Shown here piece by piece: positions 12,010 to 20,370 of a stretch of DNA of 20,370 bases. Location: contig NW_014040545.1 of the NCBI RefSeq assembly GCF_001186125.1, forward strand, positions 213,700 to 234,069, read 5' to 3'. Both the position numbers and the translations under genes were made by a program. Origin of the DNA: Sphaeroforma arctica JP610 (taxonomy: Eukaryota). Within the stretch, counting starts at the first letter, position 1. Every line of letters begins with the position of its first letter. Below the pieces are notes generated by a model. The model made no database searches and was not told the DNA's origin. It saw only the letters and a program-made list of their open reading frames with translations.

Positions 12010-12325
12010 TGATTACCGCCAGACATGGTAACGTCGGCCCCATCAAATTCCGGGCCTCATACGGCTTGGACGCCACCCCAAATCGTCTCCAAAACGCCCG
12101 CGGCAAATATTGGAGCGGCACATGGCAATCGCTAGTAAGCAGACCGATGAGAGAACATCCCCATAACGGCGGACCCAGGGGTTGGCCATTTCCCCCCCCA
12201 AAAAAAACGGGTCGTGTTGTGGCGGAACTATGATTGGTGCATCAGCCAGCAGCGCACAAAACCGTCCATCTCCAGTCTAGGCCACCGCCCCTTAGCCCTT
12301 GCCACCCAACGCGGGTTCATGCGTT
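12010..12325 (-). pseudogene. Relic Dam-like N6-adenine methyltransferase domain in the old element
   Basis: NPRWVARAKGRWPRLEMDGF aligns without gaps to NPRWFELAQKILGPHTIDMF of the young element. After frameshifts, HDPFF...NPWV/PPLW corresponds to GDAF...NAWANPPW. Located just after RNase H. Confidence 0.65.
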
Positions 12326-12499
12326 GGACCTTCCTCTGGCGAGTAAGCCGTACGACCCCCGCTACAGGCAACCCCTCGAAAACGATATCCTGGCATAGGC
12401 AAAGCATCCGCAGGCTCAGGCAACTCCAACGGCCAACCAATCGTGACCCGACGCTCCACTGGTTGCAGCGCTCGATCAACAACTTCCGGCCCCAACCGG

Positions 12500-13531
12500 G
12501 AAGGGCAGGTGCCATAGCCAGATGTTCCTCTAACAGTTTTTTTCGCTAAATCCTTACCCTTCTTCTTGCGCTCCGTTTTCGTCTTCCAGCGATGTAACTG
12601 CTCGGTTAGCGGGTCCCCTTCCCGCTCCAAATACTCCACCAGTTTATCCTACGCCTGGCCCCACGCTACCTTTGCCCTGGCATACGCGTGAGACGGATCC
12701 TTCTTGGCCCGCTTCTGACGAGCCATCTCAGCCGCCCAGCCGCAATATCTTTCCCCATCTGTAGAACGACCGCAGGCGCCCTCTGCACCAACACTTCAAC
12801 CCCTACAGCGTACTCACTGATATCAGGGTAGCCATGGATTTCCTCCTGCGGCTCCGGACTGTACAGATATATGCCATTAGTAACTAGCCACATGCACCGA
12901 TCATACACAATGACACACTCGTAATCCATATTAAACTTGACACCATCCTTCGTCTGATTCGTGAGGGGCACAAGAGTACCACTCAGCCCAGGGGTAAAGC
13001 AACTCCACCTAGCCATCATACATATAATGGTGAGTGGCTCGTCCTTATTCTTCGGCAAGCCCAGGCTCACGATGCCCTGCATTCGCTCATCCGTAATAGT
13101 GACGAATCCGTCGTACCAAAGGTGGCCATAGAACAGCCTTGGAATGTGGTCCCCGACTCAATCGCTGCTCGAACCTTATGCCAGAGCGACTTCCAGTGCC
13201 ATAGGTCAGCCTCGTACTCTCTCAGCGTCAACCTCTCGGCCTCGCCAGTCCCCCCAGCCGATAGGACATCCGTCATCCGCGGCAACTCTCGACGAACACT
13301 GGGTATCCCTTCCTCCTCCTGAAGAACACCACTACTCCCAGAATCACCAAAACTACCTGTGATAGAACGCTGCGCTGAATTTCCCATATCCGGCCGGCCA
13401 CCTGACGATGCCCTCAACTGATCCTCCATCTCCTTATTGGTGCTCGTCGTAAAACCTCATCGACAAAACACGTAAAGCCTTGCACAGCACGGACCTAAAA
13501 TTATGCTCGCTCCGCTGGGTATACTGTGCTG
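12500..13531 (-). pseudogene. RT C-terminal half, connection and RNase H relic of the old element
   Basis: PAQYTQR, FVDEV (YxDD-like), LVILGVVV, LPKNKDE...FTPGLSGTLVPLTNQTKDGVKFNMDYEC...YSPEP...PDISEYAVGVEVLVQ (DAS-like), QLHRW. Many frameshifts. Confidence 0.8.
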
Positions 13532-14441
13532 TGTAAAAGTCGGTCTCCTCTAGGCTGACTATACGATATCAAGACGTTTACGTTAAAAAGAAAATACGTT
13601 AAAACGTTAAAATGCAAAATGTTAACAATAAGTTTAGCTTCAGCCCTTGGTAGTGAGCAAAAGATTAGGGGATTTTAGACTGAGACTATTGTCTATATGC
13701 TCCGCTCTAATCACTCACTACTTCGGTCTAGATTTATTTATGTTTTAGTTGCTAAGACTAGATATCATTTCATTGGACGCATATTTTGCATTTCACGCCT
13801 CGAAACAATTACCTACTCAAAATAACCAATAAAATATCGCTAAGTCCAACCCAAGAAAATTAAAAAATTAAAATCAAAACATCAAGCAGGCGCAGTATAC
13901 ATCTGCACCTAAACCCCATCACTTGGTACCTAGCTCTCCATCCCATTTAAGGCATAGACGGCACATCTAGTTGGCTGACTAGGAGGAATCAAAACCAGGT
14001 TGTCCTAGATTCTAACAACTCTGATCCTGTCCTTTTCTCAGTGGATTATCTTGCTCTGAGATAATTATCGAATTATACCATAGGTTTGTGCCAACAACCA
14101 ATTCATGCCTGAGACCCTCTCTCATGGTACTCCCATTAATTAGAGATTCCCAAAGTGTCATTTCCAGGTGTCAGATTTGTATCATTCCTATGTTAAGTAC
14201 AATTCTAATTTCAGTGGGAAAAAAAACCAATCTATATTTGGAAACCCGCCTAATTGTCCACAGTAGAGTCTCATACTCTACTGAGTACTATCACATGTTC
14301 AGAATCTTAAATATCTCAATTCTTGTTCATGTCCAATGCGCTAAACGTATTCCAGTACTATAAGAATAACCGTTAATGCGTTAGTACGTTTATAAAATAC
14401 GTTAACTGTGCAACTACTATTTGGAACCCGCTATTTTTACA
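13532..14441 (-). mobile_element. Solo LTR (910 bp) with 4-bp target-site duplication GCTG
   Basis: gctg|TGTAAAA...TTTTACA|gctg (TSD 13528-13531 and 14442-14445). Removing it restores RT ...LSGVPAQYTQR. Shares blocks with the LTR at 15179-15935, from which the orientation is inferred. Confidence 0.92.
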
Positions 14442-15100
14442 GCTGGAACCCCGGACAACTCGAATCCCGCGCCAACACGCTCGTAAACCTGACCGTCGCT
14501 GGCAACAAACTTCGTATTATACCGGTCACGCTCATCTATCGTGAATTGGTTAAATCCATTGGCGTTGTCCGTGATGGTAGTCTGGTGAGCGTTACATATA
14601 TGTGTCCGCAACTATTCTTCGCTGGGCATGTTGGAGTGATCCGGGATGGACCATTTCCGGGTGATGCCCCGTTCTAGTTCCTTGGCCAGCTTCCTGCTCT
14701 CCACTCCCTTCCGAAGCGGATCCCTATACTTGTAAATGCTCCTAGACGGGATGGCATCAGGCCTCGTAGGAATCCGGAAACCAGGACCCTTGGAGAACGC
14801 GTGGTCTTGATCTTTCCGATATGCACACTTGCGCCAGTGTGCTTTCATTCTCTTCAACTCTTGTTCACTGACCCCAATGCCCTTGGCCATAGCGTCCGGG
14901 TGCAAGAAAAAAAATCGTTGCCCTTGATGTCCTCCTCCTGGAAGGGCATAGTTTCCATATTGAATATGGTCTCCGCGTCGATCGTACTCGACGCTAAACG
15001 AAAAACAGGAGGATCGCTGGTGCGGTCCCAATCTGTAATCGATCTTGCTGGGATAAGAAACTAAGAATCGCCTCTTTCCCAAGCAGAATGGTGCCATGAC
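14442..15100 (-). pseudogene. Protease tail and RT N-terminal half of the old element
   Basis: FLV...DYRLG; FRIPTRPDAIP...Y...LAKELERGITR; TDNANGFNQFTIDERDRYNTKFVASDGQVYERVGAGFELSGVPA. In-frame stop at 14612-14614. Confidence 0.82.
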
Positions 15101-15178
15101 ATCAAATAATATAGTATCAGTAGTAAACGGACACATGTGGTTAGATATAGTAATATAAACATCTAGAATCACCACCGC

Positions 15179-15935
15179 TGTAAGATTCGGTCTATTAAGG
15201 CGATATTAACGCCGTAGAGTAAATAAACGCGTGGGTAAATTCTAAGTATCGTGAAAATATCAAAGTAAATAAATGAAATGAAACTTTTAGTAAAGTTAGG
15301 TATGCCTCGTGAAAGCAGCAATACTTTGAGGGATTGTGAGGCTGAGACATTGCCTATATAAAATCCTCTCAGTACTGTTTCCGCCGAAGGGATTTTATTT
15401 AGTGTTTCGTTGTCGCTCTATTAAAAACTACGATATTTTTCATCGGGGCGAATCCGAGAGACTCATAAAATCCTATCTTTAGAAGATTTTTTTTTAACTC
15501 TTGATGTCCTTAGTTATTGTCTTAACCAATAACTTGCCACTTATCAAGAATTACCGACTTAGCCTTCATCAGACTGGCACATCTGGTTGGCTGATCGGAG
15601 GATCAACTAGGTAACGTTAATAGTCCCTAGAAACCTATATTCGGTTGAGCCATCTCGCTACCGAAGTGTTCAGATATAAATAAAGTTGGAAAGTAAATAT
15701 AGTTATGTTAATAGAACTAGACCAACTCTTATGTTTGGTATTTTTCTGAGGCCTTTTAATGGCCTTGTCCAAATATCTTATATGTAAAATGGAATAGGTA
15801 TTAATTAATAAAATCATTAAAAACCATTTAGGAAAATTTAAGTTCCTTGTACTATTAAGAGTACGTTTATAATTTACGTACTGCTTAAGAGTGCGTTTAT
15901 AACATAGAGTCTAATGTGGAGGCCCGGCTATTACA
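15179..15935 (-). repeat. 3' LTR (757 bp) of the young element
   Basis: TGTAA...TTACA termini, adjacent to the PPT, AT-rich, with block homology to the solo LTR (e.g. ggcacatct(a/g)gttggctga, tgtaa..(g/t)tcggtct). Confidence 0.85.
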
Positions 15936-15937
15936 CA

Positions 15938-15947
15938 GCCCCCACCC
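15938..15947 (-). promoter_or_regulatory. Polypurine tract (plus-strand primer)
   Basis: Minus strand GGGTGGGGGC-TG directly precedes the LTR start TGTAATAG. Confidence 0.75.
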
Positions 15948-16074
15948 AGCTTTGAGACCCGTGAGAAGCAAGTTGCTCACTCAAGCTGAGTATGGGTCAA
16001 AAAGCGAGAAAGGAAGAACTGGTCGAAAACATTAAGTAGTATAACATATAGTTATTGTTTCTCAGGCGGAGAAG

Positions 16075-17553
16075 TTAAGCGTTCTCGGTTACCCTGTGAG
16101 TTTTGGGCTTAGGTCCAGTAGGTCCGTGGTGGCCGACTGGACGTTTCTTACGCTTCAGTGTCTTACGTACATATGAAGGATGAGCATTAAAGCTCGGGAT
16201 AAATGCTGTGGGCGGGTAAGTTTTAACTTCCGTGCCTTCAAACGATGGAAACATGCTATCTTTTTCAGCTTGTGAATTATGCAGGCATTTTCGCCATTTT
16301 CGATTAAAGGCTTTTAAATAGTCTTAATTATCGAAAGCATCTGAAGTCAACTCAGCTATTGTACCGTTTATAAAGCGTGTGCGATAGTATGTATAGCCTC
16401 CATTATCCGTTCTCCATATATTGTCTTTAAATTCAGAACTATCAAGAGGGGCATTAGAGTCATGTCTTCTTGCGAGTATAATCTCTGTAGTCGGAATACG
16501 ACTTGTGCCTATATTAGGCGCACTAGAACCATCGGGGTTGTTTACCGCGTACGTTCCACTTTTAGTGTCTGCTACAGAGATTATATATGGACCTATCCAT
16601 TTAGATGTTAATACAGTAGCATCGGAATTACGTTGACTGATGTTAACTCTGTCACCAACCTGATACTCTGCTATCTTCTTGGTAGTGTTCCAACGCTTTT
16701 GCCTTTTTAATAAGGCTATATTGCGTATTTCTCGCAAGCAAGGATATACAACGTTATAAATACGTTGTACCTTCTCTAAACATGGTAACTCATGGTGATC
16801 AGGCTCGCCCTTGTTAAAGGGGATTTGTAACTCACTATATCTGCCACGAAAATAGTGAGCGGGTGTAGTTCCTGTAACCGGATCAGCACACTCGTTCATC
16901 TGTGTTTGTACCCACTTAAGGTGGTACGGCCATTCATCTGCATCATCCGTTAATGCAGTACGCAAGAAAAACTTAAGTTTTCTATGGCGCGTTTCATTCG
17001 CGCCTTGTGTTTGCGGCTTATATGGCACACCTCTCTTATGGCATATGCCTGATACGAGTACTAGCGATTCCATTACGTCATCGCAGAACTCACTACCGTT
17101 ATCAGTGCATATAATACCTGGCCACCTGTGGTCAGCAAAGACTTGGCAACATAATTATGCCACGGTCTGCGTATTCTTATCCTTTAATGGATAAAGCAAG
17201 TTAAACCGTGACGCCACATCAAAGAAGTGGCATACGTAACGGTCGCCTGTGTGCTCGGACGTGGGCAGGTCAACCAGATCAATGATGACCCTGCGCCATA
17301 GAACATCTTCAGTCACACTCTTAAGCGGTGCGAACCCATAGCGCTTGATCTGATTGAGATCACAGTCTGTACATGACTGATATACTCTGTCAACTAAAGT
17401 TGCCAGCTTAGGGTGCACGATCCCATTTCGCTTAGCATCTTTAAGTGCGTCTACTACGTTCTGGTGCTTCAGCTCATGGTTTTGCGTCAGCCAAGCAAGA
17501 ATGTTTTTATCATTCTGCTCTTCCAGAAAAAAGTTAGGGTGTTGAGAATCCAC
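16075..17553 (-). pseudogene. DDE integrase with HHCC Zn finger, GPY/F motif and chromodomain-like/basic tail
   Basis: HELKH...CTDC; VIIDLVD; CTDNGSEF with E 36 residues on (D-35-E, GANETRH); KWIGPY. One frame with in-frame TAA at 17155 and 16324, ending at TAA 16075. Confidence 0.93.
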
Positions 17554-17929
17554 TTATGTGGTCTCTAAGTCTGTAGTGTTTCCAGACTCCTGTCCTGCTT
17601 TCGCATGAGTGTCATAAGTGCGCTCATGTGCGTTAGATACACCTGACTTATGTGTATACGCTTCAGGATCATCTTTCATTAATCCCTTTAAAAATAGGGT
17701 TTGAAAGACATCGGGTTTGGACTTTATGTTATTAAACAGAGTCCTAGCTAGAGACTGACGCTTCTTAACAGTAATTTCACTAGTAGATTGTATTTCTTGT
17801 GCACAGACTTCAAGTGATGTGTTGCCTTTGAACTGCTTCACGTTCAGTTGGGTAAAAAGTGGAATCTCTGATTCTTTGACCTTGTTAAGGAAGGTCTCAG
17901 AAGGGGCCCATTTGGATGTTCCAATGGGA

Positions 17930-18478
17930 CATATACGACATATTATAGTCTCCAGGGCGTCTTCTGGACGGCTCGGGTACCCTTATATAGGAAAGTATCT
18001 ACTTCCCTATCTAAATATATTGGCTCGCATTGTATCATGCTTATTAATTTATTGAGCCATGGATCTTTACTCCGTATTGGGTAACACAACGTGATGGTAG
18101 CTTTATGTATATGAACATAATTTAATAGCTGGGCAATTAACTACCATGGTGGGTTAGCATCTAAATATATTGGCTCGCATTGTATCATGCTTATTAATTT
18201 ATTGAGCCATGGATCTTTACTCCGTAATGGGCAACACAACGTGATGGTAGCTTTATGTATATGAACATAATTTAATAGCTGGGCAATTAAATGCCATGGT
18301 GGGTTAGCCCACGCATTATGTTTAGAGAGGTCTATTTGAAAGGCGTCTCCCAAAGTATGATTTAAAGTCCTGTAATGCGATAGTTGTGCATTATGATGTG
18401 CAGCAAACATATCTATGGTATGTGGCCCTAATATCTTTTGAGCCAGTTCAAACCACCTGGGATTACATTTCCAGTCAG
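17930..18478 (-). pseudogene. Dam-like DNA N6-adenine methyltransferase domain within pol
   Basis: In frame with RNase H: DWKCNPRWF...GPHTIDMFAAHHNAQLSHY...GDAF...WANPPW..I...L......ATITLCCP....PW, the motif set of DIRS/phage Dam-type MTases. Disrupted by a 150-bp duplication carrying a TAG and a frameshift near 17950. Confidence 0.9.
18009..18308. repeat. 150-bp tandem duplication in the MTase
   Basis: 18009-18158 vs 18159-18308, 4 substitutions seen. Confidence 0.95.
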
Positions 18479-18519
18479 TGGCTAGTAACTCACGTACGGA
18501 TTTATTAAAGTCCGGTACG

Positions 18520-20370
18520 AAGCGTGATAACATATCCGGTAAATGGTTATGTATTCCTGGCAGATGTTTTATATCAAAATGAAACGTTGATATTGTATCA
18601 TGCCAGCGACTCAGTAATTGTGAGTCGGGTTTCATCTCTTTCATATATTGAAGAGATTTCTGATCACGCATCAGCGTAAATGCTGTTCCGTATAAGTAAT
18701 CTCGGAAGTGTGTTAGAGCTGCCACTACGGCTAATAGCTCTTGTTTAACAGTTGGGTAATTCAACTGTGAAGCATTCATTGCTCAACTAAAGAATTGCAT
18801 ATATCTAGGTTTGTTATCTATAACCCGATATACTACTCCTCCTAAGGCTAAGTCGGAGGCGTCCGTTGCTATTTCAAACGGCACGCCGTCGACTGGTCCT
18901 TGTACAACATGGGCTTGCTGGACTGCGTGTTTGAGCGCTTTAAATGCGTCATCACACTCTTTAGTCCACAAGTCTCCTAGCTTGCCATTATGATATCTTA
19001 TGTGTCCAAAAGGTTTAAGGTAATCAGCCAAGTGTGGTACTCCATCTGAAAAGAAGTTTACAAACCCACACATGCTGTTAACATCTCTTTCTGTAGTTGG
19101 TGTTCGCCAATCTAACAGGTGTTCTACCTTACCGGGGTCGATTTTAATACCTTCCCCAGATATACGGTAGCCTAAGAGCTGTATTTCGCTCATGGCGAAG
19201 TGGCATTTCATCTCGTTAATCTTGAAGTTTTGCTCGTTGAGTTTCTTAAGGACTCGTCTGACTAATGCGGTGTGTTCGCCCATAGTTTTGGAAAAGATGA
19301 CTATGTCATCTATGTAGACTTGCACGTTAGGCATGTCTGCAAACATTTCCTCCATTACTTGTTGGAAGAATGCTGGTAAAGAGTGTAACCCAAAAGGTTT
19401 CTACCTTACCGGGGTCGATTTTAATACCTTCCCCAGATATACGGTAGCCTAAGAGCTGTATTTCGCTCATGGCGAAGTGGCATTTCATCTCGTTAATCTT
19501 GAAGTTTTGCTCGTTGAGTCTCTTAAGGACTCGTCTGACTAATGCTGTGTGTTCGCCCATAGTTTTGGAAAAGATGACTATGTCATCTATGTAGACTTGC
19601 ACGTTAGGCATGTCTGCAAACATTTCCTCCATTACTTGTTGGAAGAATGCTGGTAAAGAGTGTAACCCGAAAGGTGCACCTCTGAGCCTGTATTGTTTAC
19701 CTTTCCACGTAAAACTAAAGTATTTACGATGTGGTTCATATACCTGCATTTGATGGTATCCTTGTGTAAGGTCTATAGTTATAAATACTGTAGCACTTTC
19801 CATCCTTCGCAGTAGCTCGTTAATAAGTGAAAGCTATGAGTCGGCAATAATTTATTTATTGGACTCATATCTAAACATACTCTGACTTCTTAAACGATCC
19901 GTCAGAGTTATGTTGGTCTACGGCTAGCAGTGCCAAGCTAACTGGCGTCTGTTGATAGTTAGTTTCTATCACTCCATCTGCTAGCCGTTTCTCAACTTGT
20001 ACTTTTACCACAGCCTCGTGTCTCCAGGATACATAGTTCCTTGAGGGACACTTTAACTGAGTAAAGTCCACCTCGGTTAAGTCAAGGCTGACATACCGGT
20101 CGTTAAAACGGAATTTTGCCCAATCTGTGATCTATATCTTCTTATTAACTAGAATCAGATCCATGATTTTGTTCGCAAAGTCAGGTATTAATGCCTTGAC
20201 TGTGTCTGACGGGGGCTTATATGGGTTCAGACAGTTATCGTCTGATTGATCCTTTAATGGATCTATGTTATTTGGTAGACCAGTTACGGTTATACCCAGA
20301 GTGAGTAAATCGCTCATTCCGACTATAATGTCGTACTTCTGTGACATCTTAACTTTACGGCTTGGGTAGT
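18520..20370 (-). pseudogene. Protease tail, reverse transcriptase and RNase H of the young element
   Basis: Motifs DIIVG, RVCLD, IDLTQGYHQ, APFGL, VYIDD, LLGYRIS, ATDAS, ELLAVV, DMLSR. Stops at 20132 and 18783, frameshifts near 19885, 19830 and 19398. Confidence 0.95.
19122..19675. repeat. 277-bp tandem duplication in RT
   Basis: 19122-19398 vs 19399-19675, 3 substitutions seen. Duplicates YIDD and shifts the frame. Confidence 0.95.

Larger units (their letters stand above)
8781..15178 (-). mobile_element. Old degenerate Ty3/Gypsy-like LTR retrotransposon (PR tail-RT-RNaseH-MTase relic-acidic spacer-integrase-chromo-like-3' LTR), interrupted by a solo LTR
   Basis: Colinear relic motifs on the minus strand: DYRLG (PR tail), TDNANGFNQFTIDERDRYNTKF...GFELSGVPA, FVDEV, FTPGLSGTLVPLT...DISEYAVG, CTVC, WGWPRQLII, WPDAVADFISAYNST..TTGMAP, VGPV. 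GC-richer than the flanks. Confidence 0.85.
15179..20370 (-). mobile_element. Younger Ty3/Gypsy-like LTR retrotransposon carrying a Dam-like MTase (5' part outside the window), inactivated
   Basis: PR tail (YDIIVG), RT (DLTQGYHQ, PFGL, YIDD), RNase H (TDAS, ELLA, DMLSR), MTase (DMFA, NPPW), integrase (HHCC, DDE), PPT and 3' LTR. Several stops, frameshifts and internal duplications. Confidence 0.95.

Noticed and set aside
12666..13082. Reading VTNGIYLYS as a dead YxDD motif of a second RT
   Set aside because: The segment fits the RT thumb/connection and RNase H start (DIS for DAS) better. The YxDD equivalent (FVDEV) lies near 13460.
9590..13362. Numerous plus-strand ORFs over the old element
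   Set aside because: They are antisense shadows of GC-rich pol sequence with no motifs.
13532..15935. The two LTR-like sequences as the paired LTRs of one small element
   Set aside because: They are too divergent, the first has its own TSD, and the sequence between them is the old element's PR/RT.
15179..20370. DIRS/Ngaro element, suggested by the RT-RH-MT order
   Set aside because: No tyrosine recombinase is seen. A DDE integrase, protease tail, PPT and TG...CA LTR are present instead.

Overview
Eukaryotic genomic DNA. Left (1-2.6 kb): spliced 3' exons of an exocyst Sec5/EXOC2 gene (+). 2.7-8.7 kb: AT-rich, with a possible TE relic, decayed repeats and a 167-bp tandem duplication. 8.8-20.4 kb: a nest of three minus-strand LTR-retroelement pieces. 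(1) An old, heavily frameshifted Ty3/Gypsy-like element (8781-15178). (2) A 910-bp solo LTR with a perfect 4-bp TSD inserted in its RT (13532-14441). (3) A younger Gypsy-like element (15179-end) abutting or inserted in the old one's protease region. Main observation: the young element's pol has the order PR-RT-RNaseH-[Dam-like DNA N6-adenine methyltransferase, DMFA...NPPW]-DDE integrase-chromo-like tail, and the very divergent old element shows a relic of the same MTase in the same slot. This suggests a lineage of MTase-carrying integrase-type LTR retrotransposons; that MTase is classically a feature of tyrosine-recombinase DIRS elements. All domain calls are by eye, with no database search.
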